A DNA stretch of 64,000 nt from Anolis carolinensis (taxonomy: Eukaryota), in the NCBI RefSeq assembly GCF_035594765.1, contig NC_085843.1, positions 147,723,971 to 147,787,970 of the forward strand, given 5' to 3'. Both the position numbers and the translations under genes were made by a program. Positions 14,006-27,976 of the stretch are shown piece after piece. The stretch's first letter is position 1, and every line of letters starts with the position of its first letter. Under the pieces are notes generated by a model, which did not search any database, was not told where the DNA came from, and saw only the letters and a program-made list of their open reading frames with translations.

Positions 14006-14304
14006 ACAAACAGGGGTTAGGAGAAACAACATCTGCATTTTAGGTAGTTTTAAAAGATTAAGTACAGTTTAGGAGTAAACAAAATGAGCAAAAATATTTT
14101 AGGGGGCCTGGAGGCTTTGAGTTCATGGGGCGGCTCTCCTGACCCAGTTATCAGTTCATCTCATCTCTAATTTATAATATTTTCAAGTTCATTCAAGATT
14201 ATTTTTTCTCAAAATACATGTATATACTTTATTAACTTTGAGCATTTATTTTGGGAAGAACATTTTTTTCTGTTCTTCCCTTATTATTATTTTTTTGTCA
14301 CTTG

Positions 14305-14667
14305 GGACCTCTTCACATGGCTGCTGGGGCCATAACCCTTTCACTGGTAGTTGCTGGTGAAAGGGAACATGCACAGAGTGCCTTGTGGCATCACGTGTGC
14401 CCTCTCTCCATCCGCCATCAGATGAGAGAAAAGACAGCAATGCTTGGCAACGTGCCCCATTGCCCTTTCCCAATGGAGCTATCCGAAAAAAACACTTTCC
14501 TCCCAGTGGTGGCAGAGGAAGTGTCTTGCAAAACTTCTCCTCCACTTCAGGAGGAATGTGGTTGAGGCCTACCAAGCGTTATCTGATTATGCTTGGCAGG
14601 CCCTGTCCAGGCTCATCCACAACTGGAAAAATGGGGCAAAAAAAAAAAAGCCCCATGTGAAAGGTCC
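14305..14667. mobile_element. PIF/Harbinger-like MITE
   Basis: TIRs GGACCT(C)TTCACATGG / CCATGTGAAAGGTCC, 3-bp TTG on both flanks. Confidence 0.65.
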
Positions 14668-14928
14668 TTGATTCAGGAAAAATCAATACTCTGGAATTGG
14701 TTTTTCCAATTGACTCCCCCCTCCTCACACAGCTGGGGATGGCACTGCTGCCTGTCTTCATGGTGCAGAGGAATGTTTGATAAGTATCCCAGATTTTCTG
14801 GCATTATTTCAACTTTGCTTTGTTTTTTGGCAAAGTTGGTGATACTCCAGAGTTTTCAGGAAACTCTAGAGTATCTTGGGACTTGAGAGCAATCAGAACA
14901 GCTGGTTTTGGTCAATTTCAGCCTAAAC

Positions 14929-15033
14929 TAGTAATTCTCAACCTGTGGGTCCCGAGGTGTTTTGGCCTACAACTCCCAGAAATCCCAGAATTGAAGGCCA
15001 AAACATCTGGGGACCACAGGTTGAGAACCACTG
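14929..15033. mobile_element. 105-bp palindromic hAT (Charlie-like) MITE
   Basis: Fold-back TAGTAATTCTCAACCTGTGG ... CCACAGGTTGAGAACCACTG; 8-bp TSD GCCTAAAC; lies beside or inside an older related copy (to about 15160). Confidence 0.88.
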
Positions 15034-18000
15034 GCCTAAACCCTTGATACTCCATGTGTTTTGGACTTAATCTCCCAATTATTATGATAATTGCCAAGAA
15101 AGCTACAGCTTCTGGGAGTTGGTCTAAACCTCCTGGAAGACTAGAGTTTGGGAATCACTGATCTAGACACGGGATGATTAGTGCAGAGGAATGGGATGTT
15201 TCATGACTATGTTGCCCTGTTAGGCACAGAGTTCCGGCAAGAGCCTGGTCATCATGGCGATATCTGTTGATGTCAGAATCTGGATCCCAGAATACCAGGA
15301 GTAAGGAGGGGGTTGATGTAGTCTCAGTCAACACTGGATCAAGAGCTGGCGTGAGGTAGATATGTGTCAGAGTAACCCAATGTGGACAAGCCTAAATACG
15401 ATGTAGAGCAAGAGGAGCTATGACATTTTGTGAAATACATAAACATCTCCATGTAACACATCTCAATTTGTCTATCTGATTATGTCTCAGCAGTTATTGC
15501 AATTATATATATCTTATTTTATATGGAAAGGGATAAATGTAATTGCATTTATGTTTTTGTTCAATTGTTTCTTAACACTCAGCTCTCAATAAACTGTTTA
15601 GATCTTAAAAGTGTTGTTAAAAACTCATTTTAGTGAAATTTCTTTTTCAAACCCTTCCCCATATTTTTGATAACATTGTACATCTGTAGCTTTAATGAAT
15701 ACAAAAATATAATATACTACAGAGTAAATGATTGCACCTGGATACAGGATCAATTTTTTACAATTGGTTTCATTTTTGAGTTGTGGATGTGCTGACACAA
15801 AATTCCTTATCTTAGAGAATAAAATGAGGGAGTGTGGAATTGCAGCTTTCATTGGCTTAGTTCTTAGTAAGAAATAGTGCTGTAATTTTCAAAGAATAGT
15901 ACATTTTTATATTTCTTTCTCATAAATAAAGATTTTCGAATTGTATAGAGACTAAAATCTGGATCTCTAAAGACTGAAACAATTGGCAAGACTGAGTACA
16001 AATTTTGATATCAATAAAGAAAATATTTTTTCAATGTTATTTTTACAATGCTGCAAAATATATATATAAAGAAACGAAAACCAACATTAAAAGGGCAAGG
16101 GCTTTCCTGTTTATGAAGAAAAAAGAATGTACAAGAGTGGTTGGAGGAATTGGAGTGCAAAAGATCTCGGCATTTCGGATCCTGGATTGTGATCTTGGCT
16201 ATCACTTGTTCCAGACTTGATTCTGTATTTTTATGGCTTGATTTGGCTAATTGGACTTTAGGCTTAGGCATTGAATCATCCCTTATCAGTTGCTGTTTAG
16301 ATTTTGTGCTTCTGACTCTGGATTGTTGACTTTGCTGGTTAACTCCTTTTTGCTATTTTTTTAGACCACATTTCTGATAAAGCAGTGAATTCCCGACAAA
16401 AGAGGTGTAATGCATAATGTTAGTTAAAACTGAGGTGGAATTCAATGGTGACTTTGTAAAGGGAGAAAGGTCTGTGATTGCTTAAACAGCTTTGCTGTAG
16501 GCATTCTCTAACTAAATACCCTCCACAGATCAAGAGTAATTTCTGATGAGATCCCTAGTACTTGAAAACAGATACCTTAATTCCAAAAATGAATATAGTT
16601 TCATTATTAATATGACATGAACATTTGAACTGAGGCTTTCCCTAGATATTTGAAGTATTTTAGTATTTGTAATTGCTGGTAAATATATACTTCTCTTAAT
16701 TCAAAGGGATGAAGAACATATTTTGCACTCTAATCATCCCAACCACTCTTGTGCCAGTTGTTTCAGGCAGTTAGGAAGTCTTTAGTAACAAACTAATATT
16801 TAATGAACTGATTCTAACTAGAAATTGAAAGGATATTTGATGACTTAGGGTAAAAATATCAAGAAAGGTATTTCTCTAGAGTTGGTAAACCCCTCTCCAA
16901 ATCTCTGATCCTATCAAGAAGCTCTGATCTTGAGACCCTGTGAGGAGACATAGAATTTTCCTTGTTCTTTTCATCACAGCCACCTTCTCTTCTTTTTTCC
17001 CACTGCACTCCCTGCTTTTTGTTTCTGTCTTCTCCACACATTCCCAACTTTGTTTACATTTCACTACATTCTACCCATCTCCCCTGTCCTTCAATCAGCT
17101 TTCTCCGCTTGGTTCCTCTTACTCCTTCAAATCTCTCCTCAACTGATGACCACTTACAACATATCAAGTTTCCACTGCTGCGATAAATTCCATCCACAGC
17201 TTTTATCATTTCTGATGTCCTTCCATGGACCACAGTTGATGTCAGAAGCATGCTCTGATTGTTTTGTTCGTGATTAAGCAGTGCTTTTTCTTCCTCCTCC
17301 TCCTCCTCCTTCCCTCAGTCATGTAGAAAGTATTTATCATGGCTACATTGCCAGTAAGGGATCTGGCAATGGTGAAAGCTCACCTTTAGAATTCTCACAA
17401 AGTTACCTCTCTCTTTCTTTCAGGCATTTCAAACACCTGAAAAATAAGATTTAAAAGAACTATTTTGATTTTTTTTATTTAAAAAATCTTTCTAAGGAGA
17501 ACGTGGATACAGTCATATCTTTGGGATATTGTCAAGATAGTGGCTGGAATTTGCTCCCAGCTTTTCTACACACGCATGCATTGCTTTTTTGTCATGGCCT
17601 TGGGCCGGTACAATAAACTATTTTGATTTGATTTGATACACCCAATTTTCCTAAATTCAAGATGAGAACAAGGTTACACTGGAATATCCTATTAAAATGT
17701 GTTGAATGAGGTTTTTGTAAAAGAGTCACTTTGGGTATTATTTTCACTGTTAAGTTAGAAAAGAGAGAAAAAGAAGCCCATTTGGGACATGTTCAGAAAA
17801 ATGTTCATGTGTAAATACAAAGCTAATGTTTACAATGAAATTGTAAAACAAGTTACGTCACTTCTATTAAGCTATGTAGGACAGAAAATTAAATAGCAAA
17901 TTCAATGAAGGCCAAAAATGTCCTTTAATTTCTAACATTGAATTTCCTTGGAGTATAAAAAAATAAAAGGTGTTTGGGTAAAGCAAAGATAAAATCAATT

Positions 18001-18229
18001 TCTAGCATATTGATTTGGAAGAGAACAATACAATGGATGAAGTTTGCAAGTATTTATGCCCTGAAGAGGGAAAGATCAAAGATGGTCAGTATTTTCCATT
18101 GAAACTTTCCCTTGATTTAAGTCTACTGGGAGGAGGCTTATAGCCATACTGTGGTTGGCTTTCACAGTGTTCAACCTGGATTTATTGTGACCTATACAAT
18201 GAGAGGCCTTCAAAACCCTTGGACATCAA

Positions 18230-18480
18230 AAACCTTGGTCTGCTCATGTATGGCAAGTTCAAGGTCATAGGTTTATTGATTGAGTTTATCCATTCATAGT
18301 GTGATTGTCCACTTTTCTTACTACACTCCATTTTTAAAGCATAATCATCTTCATCTTTTCCAGTGAATTGTGTAATCTGATAGCCAAGTATGATAGTCTC
18401 ATTTTATCTTCTGATAGTTCAGATTTTATTATCTCCTGAACTATTTTTTTTGTCCTTCTCATAATCCTTTGTATTTTTAT
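18230..18480 (-). mobile_element. Degraded RTE LINE 3' fragment
   Basis: Minus-strand remnants of RLSY.G...SLEK.IML....RK.G.....W..SI. Confidence 0.5.
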
Positions 18481-19269
18481 GACTATTTTTCATAATTAAT
18501 TTAGGGCTACAGCTTATGTTTAGCCTTGCTGATACATAGCTCTTCGGGATTGATTTGAAATTCACCTGGATCTCACTTCTCATTTCTATAAGAAAAATGT
18601 GATGGTGCCTTATGACTGTGAGAAAGCCTTCCTAAGCAATTTCACTATTTTATCAGTATGCCTTACTGCCCATAAAATTCCTTGCATGTTACTCCTGGGG
18701 AGGATCAATCAAATTTCCCCCAGTTTTGATGCACCTATAAACATAAAATTCTGAAACACTTTTATCTGCTGATCTATGGTTGAGTTGCTCTTCTTACTTT
18801 TAAACATCTTTTTTTTAAAAATTGCTAAAAGCAGTTCATTGTTTACAAATAATTTTTGGTACAAAATAAATGCAAGAAAAGAAATCAAGTCAAAATTTCT
18901 GGGTATCGTACTTAACATACCAAAAACATCCAGAACAAGCTCCCTCTCCCCAAAGCTAAATATCTCATATTTATCTCATATCCTGGTCCCAATTGTGGCC
19001 CAAAATAACCTTTTTGTAAATAAAATTAAGTTAAAGTTCCCTGCTTTTAAAATATGGGCAGATGCAACCTGGACCCTCCTATTCATGAACTAGTTATAGC
19101 AAAAAGAAATGATTTATTTTAATAGATTATTAGAATTGCAATCAAATAACTATTAAGCAGGGAAAATTAGTCTATTTCTTATCTTGATCACTTTCAAATT
19201 ATTACATATTGATGTAGTAGTTTGTCATCAAGTTCTTTTTGACTTAGAGCTACTCAAAGACTGAAGTGA

Positions 19270-19410
19270 CTTATTTATTTATTTACAGTATTTATATTCT
19301 GCCCTTCTCACCCTGAAGGGGATTCAGGGCGGATCACAGTGTACACATACAAGGCAAGCATTCCATGCCATTAGAGATACAACATATAGACAGACACAGA
19401 GGCAATTTAA
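19270..19410 (-). mobile_element. L2 3' end
   Basis: (TTTA)n followed by CCCTTCTCACCCTGAAGGGGATTCAGGGCGG. Confidence 0.75.
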
Positions 19411-21189
19411 CCTTCATATATCATATGTATTACAGTATTTTTCCATGTAATGACCATTCAATTTGATACATGTTGTCATCAATGGGATGAGTTTTTTATG
19501 CCTATGTCATAGAAGTCTTCTGCCAGCGCCAGAGCTGGGAGCGGGAGAGGGAGGCTCCAAGTCAGTGAGTGAGAAGGAGGGAAGGAGAGTAAGATGAGGG
19601 AGACAAAAAGGCAGTACAGACCTGGTTAACTCGCAGCTGGGCCTCCAAAGTAGAAGGAGGATGTCAGCCATAGTCATCTCTTCTTCCTTTCTTTCTCTCT
19701 CTTCTTTTTTTCCTTCTGGATTGGGGGTGTGTGGCTTTGCTTGTCGCATGCTTTCCTTCTTGAGAAAAAGAGGGGGGAAGACAGCGAGGGTTCCCTAAAG
19801 TGTCCGTTCCTTCTCTTCCTCCCCGTCGCTTTCCTTCCTCTTCCTGCACTGAGGGTTACAACCTTAATTGTGTGCCAAAGTTGCATTGATCAAACTTATA
19901 ATGCTATTGTACACCTGTTCTCAACCTGAATACAAACCCCAGATTGCAATATTACAGTGTGCATTCTAGGGAAATTTCATGAAAGGTAGATGAGTTATTC
20001 CTAAGGAAAGTATTGTCTACCATAACATGTTCAGGGTCCATGCAGATAAAAACCAATCTAGAAGAAATGAACAGCATGAAAATAAGCAGCAGTGCCAGGA
20101 ATTATAAAGTATCTACGATCGTTTCATGCATTGTTATGGATCCGAAGCTTCACAAATGTTCACATTGTTAAAGCTAGTATATGTGACATACTGATAATTA
20201 CAATGTCACATTCACACTATAATCAGGATTTCATCATCCCTACCATTATGTGATTCCATTTCCAAAGGTTTATGGCACTATCTTTACAATTTTCTCTTGA
20301 AGCATCTTAACACATGAGATCTCAAAACCCAAATTTTATTTGCTTTGTTATTTGCTTTTACAAATGCAAAAGAAGGAGGTAGGAATATCCATTAGTGTAA
20401 CATTCTTGTTGAGTCTTGGAATATACTCCCCCTTCCCAAAGAACAGCTTTTGTCCAGACATTTTTAAAATCTTTTCTTGGATAATTTATATTAAAATGGA
20501 ATGTGGCAGGTACTTTGACTTCATTATGGATTTGAGAGGTCTAAAAATACTAAAATTACCTTTTAATTACACATTTGAGAGCTCTAAATGTGAAATCTAT
20601 AATGTTAAAGTATAAATCGAGGTTCTATGTGCATATTGACAGTGAATAATACGCAATTTTTATCACTTTGAGTTTTAAAATATTGGCATTGAAAACCTTA
20701 ACATAGGCACCAATGAATCATGTCTTGGAAGAATTCACTTCCCTGCCATGTTGCTATGTAATGCGACAGGTGACTGATAAAAAGAAAAAGTGCTGTTGCT
20801 GAGGAAGGTGCAACCTTTAAAAAATGCTTTTGAATGTAGACCTAGCTTTTCAAGAGCTAATCAATTCTCCCAACATAGTTAAATCTTATACTGCATAGTT
20901 GTACAGAAATTAACATTATGTGGTTTGCTCTTATGCATCATTAGATGTAACATGAGAGGAACAACCCTGTGTGTATTGTAAAATGCTATTTCTAGGAAAT
21001 ATACAACAGTGATTGAGGTTTTCTGGGTTAGCCTAGTGAAGGATAAAGGCTAAGTTGATACTTGCCTTTTATACATCACAGTAGTAACTGGAGAAAAAGT
21101 GGAATGACAATTATGTTGAAGTGAACAGCTTTGGAACTGACACTTTAGGTCATGTGGCTTGGGTTGAGGTTCCCTGCATGATCTTCTTT

Positions 21190-21600
21190 AACCATATAAT
21201 CTGCCCCTTAGGACCATTAAGTCCTCAGAGGGGTGTTTACCTCAGCCAGCCAGAACCCAATTGGTGACCGTCACCATAGAACCTTTTCATCAGCCACCCC
21301 ATGACTATGGAATGACTTGCTGGAAGAGCTCCAACAGTTAAATGAGTAATCAGAATTTAAAACAAAACTAATGACCCATCTCTTCCAGCAGAACTACCCA
21401 GTCAACTTTGAACCACAAGTTTTGGATGTGTATACTATTACTGCTGAATTTTGATTTTTGTACTATGTGTTTCAGTGTATTTTATAGTGATGTGTTTTGA
21501 TAGATGTCCTTTGTTGTATTTTTTATGTTGATGTGTTTTGCTGGGGTTGTATCCCACCTCAAGCCATGAGAAGAGGAGGATAAGTAATGATGATGATGAT
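21190..21600 (+). mobile_element. Degraded L2 3' fragment
   Basis: ORF2 C-terminal remnants, T-rich UTR, (GAT)n tail. Confidence 0.6.
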
Positions 21601-24422
21601 GTGACATGGGATGGGTGGGTAGGAATACTTCTTTTGGGGCTGGTTTGAAGGTTTTGCCCCCAATTTCTATAATTTGAGGGAGGGATCCTCAGGTTGGTCT
21701 TCCAGTTGCAGGCCAGCTGCAGATTGACCCAACTTTGAGGTTTTCCTTAGGATTCTGATGTTTTGTCCAGGAAAAGCTGGATATGACCTCTGGGAGAGAC
21801 CACTTGCCTCAAATGATCCCACACTAGGCTATTCCACCTTCTTTGAATCTCTCAGGAGTTAAAAAATTATATAGCTTAACAGTTGAAATAAGGTGTCCCT
21901 TTCAATCAAATCTCTGTTTTGTAGCCTCCTTATTTCCATGATTGGTCACATGTACACAGAAAGTATATATCACTGTATACATTTTGCTGAATACTCTGGA
22001 AATGTACATAATTCAAGTTGAATGTTGCTGTATAAAAAGTTTTAAACTCTCATACTGATTAAAATAGTGGAAAATTTCACCAAAAATCACAATTACACTG
22101 ACATACACATATACAAAGAAAAACAACGAAAAACATAGGCATTATTCCAGGTTAAAGAGAAAGCAGCTTCCTTAAGACAATACAATTATAACATTCAGAT
22201 TTTTGACCAAGTGTGCAGAAAGTTGCTTATTTAACCTCGTATTGTTAAATTTATCTTTTTTTTTAAAAAAAAAATTGATTCATTCACATGAGTGATCAGA
22301 ATTCTGGATAGCTGAATGTCACACTATAATGCTAAAATTCAATATTTTCAATTTGGTATGAATTGGATTTTCCTTCACCCACACATGCTGTATTTCCAGT
22401 GATGTCTCCCCATTGCTACCTGCCCACTTGCTAATAGCTATCACTGCAGAAGAGGTTCAGAAGTCACTGTGATGCTTGTAAATCAAGAGCTTATTTAGAA
22501 TGAATTTGAAAAGTCATTTCATGATGTGCTCAGTTTAAAATGCAAATTTGAAGAGAACTTGGGCAAGAAAATGAAAAAGTGGCACTGGTCTTCATAAGTT
22601 GTCTATCAGATCCAGAAGGCATATTCAAATAAGGTTAGATATGCAAAAGGGAAATCATGGACAAAAAAAAATACTCATGTCTCATCCAATGGTCACTTGT
22701 CAGTAAAGTATGTTTATACTCCTGGCCCTTCATATCCATGTATGAGATTATTTTTCTACTGGACTTATGTATATTACAGATTGAGCCTTCAAATCATCCC
22801 AAATATATTAAAATCTGTTTGAGCTTTCATTTCCCACAGTAATCAAGAATCTGCCACTTACATTTTCCAAAGTTTTGTCCACTTCATAGAACCATTTGGA
22901 TATTTGATACGTTCTTACTGGAGAACAAAATATATTTAGTGTATTATCAGTTGCATCCATTTGCCAGCTTGGATATATACATTTCTAGTATGAAGACGAT
23001 AATATTCTGTGTATCTGCCATGAAATTGTTAAACACGAGAAACCTATTAGGGAGAAAAAGTGTATGTAATGGAATCAAGTTATGCACAGATATGTTTGAA
23101 TCAACCCAAAAGTAGAAGAAAGATCTGGGGGAGTTTTAGTAATAATTAGTTTTGGAATGGACAAATAAAAAACTGAATAGCAATAAATATTCTAAATGAG
23201 TGTGGAGATAGGTAGGGTTGACATTATAAACAGAATATTTTTGTCTTGCTGTGCTCATCTCAGCTAAACACTGAAGACCAAAGGGGGAAAAATAAATATA
23301 ATTCATGTACTGCAACTGTAAGAAACAGTTTACCTTGAGTGTATGGGGAGGAATGCTGTTGGACAGTACGTATCTACCTCCTTTGTTTTTAATCCACCAA
23401 TGTCTTAACATTCTCTGTAGGGAAAAGACAAAATGGAAATGCTCTTTCCCTTGTTAAACTTTTATCATTTAAGCCACCTTAATGGTAACATATAATAAAC
23501 ACACTATAACAATGTCCAGGCACTTTAATTAGGCAATGCATTTGACTTCCAGTTCCATCCTCTTTCAACCACAGTGCAATTTTATGCTGCACAAGTCTCT
23601 ATTCTATGATGTCAGGAGCCTTAATTGAGAAGGAAATGTTTCTCTCTTCTGGGATTTGAATAGCAAGTTGCATACCAAGTTTCCAATTTTCCCTTCAAAT
23701 CTCCTGTGGATCTTAACAGTACACTTCAAGTCTGATGCCACAAATGACAGACAGCTTCTTCCGTCTAAAAATCCGCAAAGATACCCTTTGCAGATTTAAT
23801 CTTCATTGATGATCAATATGAATGATTCATCTTTAATACTAATGGATCCAATCAAAAGCCTTGAAACAAAAGCTCAACAGAAACTGACATTCACTTATTT
23901 ATAACTTGGAAGCAGTACAAAACCAACTGACTTGGCATGTGGCATCAGCCCTACTATAGTGTTAACTCTTGTTTCAGATTTAAGAAGAAATGGATTCTAT
24001 TGTATCAATTTGATCATGAATAAGTTATACTTGATTCAAAGCTGGAGAAATAGAGGTGTCTTAGAGTGGATTCCAGGAAATATATTTTCACTGTTGATAC
24101 TGAGGACCCATCCTGACAGGGCCCATAATGAGGAAGCTCCCATGGTTTTACCAGAGGCATCCAAATGACGTTTCTGGTAAAAGCAAAATAATTTGACACA
24201 AAGCAGGAAAACTTTGCTTTATCCCAAATCAATTTGATATTCCATGAGACCCAGGTCTTCCTGAAAGATCTGGGTCTAATGGAGTATGGGCTCTGTGGTA
24301 GTCCTGGGACTACTGAGGGTCAGTCTCCACAGCCCAATGCGCTTCTTTGGGCCCTGTGGGCCCAGAAAAGCAAAGAGGGAACCCACCTACTCCCCAAATA
24401 CCCCCTAAAACATCTATATCTA

Positions 24423-25341
24423 CAGTAGAGTCTCGCTTATCTGACTTCCGTTTAACCGACACTCCGTATTATCCGACACCATCTTGTGGCAGATTGGAAA
24501 TATTGCACCCTTTGCCTTTATTCAATGCATTGCGGGAGTCCCGTGCAAAAAAAAAAAAAAATGGGGAGGAGGAGGAAAGCACATCTCCGGAGGGAAGGGA
24601 GGTGAATCGCCCCATTGGGGGCCATTTGTATGCAATGGAGGGAGGAGGGAAAAAAGGAAACGCTATGGCTCTCCTCTCTCCGCTCTTGGTGCATGAAGAG
24701 CCTCGGAGACGTCTCTCCAGCTCAGCCTAGTTCCCAAATCAGTGCGAGAAAAGAGCTCATGATTCAAAGGAAGGAATTGAGGGGAGAGAAGCCAAGGCAA
24801 CGGGCTGGGTTTCCTGCACACACACACTTTGCTCCATATCCTCTCTCCTCCTCCCTTCTCCCTTCCTTTTTCACCCCCACACACTCTCTCTTCCTCCTTC
24901 TCCTCTTCCTCCCGCTTTTACTTCTGACAGCCTTACAGCAACTTGCACTTCTGGCCTTTTTTTTTGTTAAGAGGCTATCCAGTCCGACCCCATTCTGCTG
25001 GACTGGAAGACACAAGCCAAGCCTTCCCAACACAGACCACCAGCTCCAGGTGAGATTTTGGAGACAGTTGACCAATATCAGTGTTTAGCAAACTTTGGTT
25101 TTCCTATGTTCCCATTCCTCTATGCTCAATGTGGGATTCTACAGTATATCAGTAGAATCTATAGTATATCAGTGTGTTCCCAACTCTGATCTTCCAGGTA
25201 TTTCAATTTCAAAAATGATGTTTTGGTGCTTAATTTGTAAAACCATAATGTATTTTGATGTTCAATAGGTTTTTTCTTAATCCCTCTTTATTATCCAACA
25301 TTCTGCCATCCCGTTTATGTTGGTTAAGTGAGACTCTACTG
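24423..25341. mobile_element. Tc1/mariner (Tigger/pogo-like) non-autonomous element
   Basis: TIRs CAGTAGAGTCTC(G/A)CTTA with TA on both flanks. Confidence 0.85.
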
Positions 25342-25395
25342 TATATCTATCTATATCTATATCTATATCTATATCTATATCTATTTATATCTATA
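25342..25395. repeat. (TATATC)n microsatellite
   Basis: Read directly from the sequence. Confidence 0.9.
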
Positions 25396-25554
25396 CACAT
25401 AATAATAGTGAAAACCTGTATACATGTATGTGGTACGGGTGTCCGCTCACACAGACAGCCTCCGGACTCCACAAACAGGCTATAGTTCCCAGTACTGAGG
25501 AGCCACCAAGTCACTCTTTCCCAGGACATTGCAGGTTACAGCGAGCGCCATGAA

Positions 25555-26547
25555 CATAGAATCATAGAACAGTAGAGTTGGAAGACACCTCATGGGCCAT
25601 CCAGTCCAACCCCCTGCCAAGAAGCAAGAAATCACATTCAAAGCACCCCCGACAGATGGCCATCCAGCTTCTGTTTAAAAGCTTCCAAAGAAGGATCCTC
25701 CACCACAGTCTGGGGGAGAGAGTTCCACTGTTGAACAGCCCTCACAGTGAGGAAGTTCTTCCTGATGTTCAGGTGGAATCTCCTTTCCTGTAGTTTGAAG
25801 CCATTGTTCCGTGTCCTAGTCTGCAGGGCAGCAGAAAACAAGCTTGCTCCCTCCTCCCTATGACTTCCCCTCACATATTTGTACATGGCTATCATGTCTC
25901 CTCTTAGCCTTCTCTTCTGCAGGCTAAACATGCCCAGGTCTTTAAGCCTCTCCTCATAGGGCTTGTTCTCCATTGATCATTTTAGTTGCCCTCCTCTGGA
26001 CACATTCCAGCTTGTCAACATCTCCCTTCAACTGTGGTGCCCAGAATTGGGCACAGTATTCCAGGTGTGGTCTGACCAAGGCAGAATAGAGGGGTAACAT
26101 GACTTCCCTGGATCTAGATGCTATTCCCCTATTGATGCAGGCCAGAATCCCATTGGCTTTCTTAGCAGCCACATCACATTGCTGGCTCATGTTTAACTTG
26201 TTGTCCACGAGGACACCAAGATCTTTTTCACTGCTGTCTAGCCAGGTGTCCCCCATTCTGTATCTTTGCATTCCATTTTTTCTGCCGAAATGAAGTATCT
26301 TGCATTTATCCCTGTTGAACTTCATTTTGTTAGTTTTGGCCCATCTCTCTAGTCTGTCAAGATCATTTTGAATTCTGCTCCTGTCTTCTGGAGTGTTGGC
26401 TATCCCTTCCAGTTTGGTGTCATCTGCAAACTTGATGATCATGCCTTCTAACCCTTCGTCTAAGTCGTTAATAAAGATGTTAAAGAGAACCGGGCCCAGG
26501 ACGGAACCCTGCGGCACTCCACTCGTGACTTCTTTCCAAGATGAAGA
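25555..26547 (-). mobile_element. CR1 LINE, 5'-truncated (ORF2 RT and C-terminus, 3' UTR)
   Basis: [50 protein letters not shown]; TTCTATGA-type tail; frameshift or deletion near 25970. Confidence 0.95.
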
Positions 26548-27719
26548 CCCAACCCCTGCCAATGTTTTCCCCAAACACCACGGCCCACCACCCAAAGAAT
26601 GTTTTCATTGGGGGACCATTTCATCCTAGATTTTGCATTTTCCTCCACCACAGGCAGGCATCCCCTCCGCCCTGGGCGGTGGCAGCGGCAGCAGCAGCAG
26701 GGGGGAGAGGGCAAGTGGGGAGTTCATCCTCTCAAGCCTAGGAGCCGCACTGCATGAGTAGAAAAAGGAGGAGCACCGCCCACTTCGAGCGCCCGCAGTG
26801 GCCTCAGCAGCCATGCAACGACACCTCCCTCAGAGGTGTCACTCTTCTTCTTCTGCTCCTCTGCTCTTCCTTCCCTTCCCCCCACTCTTGGCTGCACGAG
26901 ATGACCAAATGCAGGCTTTTCCTGCCCGGGAGCTTGCCAATTGGGGGGACCCCCAAAGGTCATCTAGTCCAACCAACCACATTTTGCACGTGGTGAGGAG
27001 GAGAGGAGAGGGGGAGGAAGCCAAAGCTGCAATGGCACCTGCAGGCTGCATCAGAGGATTGATTCATGAGTGACCCTGGGAGGAGGAGGCGGGGGGTGCA
27101 TGCGCATGTGGGAGTGCCTCAACTGTGCCCCATAGAGGATGGCACCTTCGGCAACTGCCTAATTTGCCTTGCAGTTGAACCACCCCTGCATATGGCCTTC
27201 CCTACACCTAAGCATAGGTGCACATAGGGCAGGTGTAAGACATTGTTTCATTATGTAGTCTAGCAGGGAGAAGCATCTACCAATTCTGTTGGGTTTTGTA
27301 CATTAACTGGAATAAGGTCACCATCTTGTCCTTCACTTCATAAAAGAATTGGCCCAGACCTCTCAGGTAAGAATGCTTGAAGCACACAATCTCTGTTAGT
27401 TTCAGTTATGAACTGGCTTGGTCTACATTGAAATAATTCATAGGTCAGAACAGATTTCTAAATGTCCTCTTTTTCATATGTTTGGGAGGTTAATTGATAG
27501 GTTGCATACGTACAATAGGCACCGCTTAATGGCCTAATCACAAAATAAACAAATAAAAACAAATCAAAAGGCCTTTGATACTTAATCTGGTGTTGGACTG
27601 ATCGATCTGCCCATTTTATAATAGCCCCATTCTTGAGGTGTCGCCAATGCTATATTGCACTTTGTCCATTTTAACTGTGAAATTACCTTCCCCATTTCGG
27701 CCCATTTCGGCACATGTTG

Positions 27720-27926
27720 CAGGTTGCCTGGGTTCTATGAATTAGTCTCCAGTGTTAATATTGTATGTTTTATGTTGATTTTAACGATTGTTTTTACTGT
27801 AATTAATGTTTTTATTGGATAACTGTTTTATTGCTATGTTTTGATATTTGATTGTTTTATCGGGCAAGGCCCCATGTAAGCCGCCCCGAGTCCCTTCGGG
27901 GAGATGGGGCGGGGTATAAAAATAAA

Positions 27927-27975
<49 letters not shown>
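27720..27975 (+). mobile_element. L2 3' end with (TTA)n tail
   Basis: GTAAGCCGCCCCGAGTCCCTTCGGGGAGATGGGGCGGGG followed by (TTA)n. Confidence 0.85.

Positions 27976-27976
<1 letters not shown>

Noticed and set aside
15218-15425. Short TG...CA block as a solo LTR
   Set aside because: No TSD and no clear poly(A) or TATA signal.
18776-19093. 105-aa ORF as a host exon
   Set aside because: No good splice sites; KFLGI and W.AD remnants look more like an ancient LINE fragment, too degraded to classify.
24347-25088. 127-157-aa ORFs
   Set aside because: GC-rich, low-complexity interior of a non-autonomous transposon; no transposase motifs.
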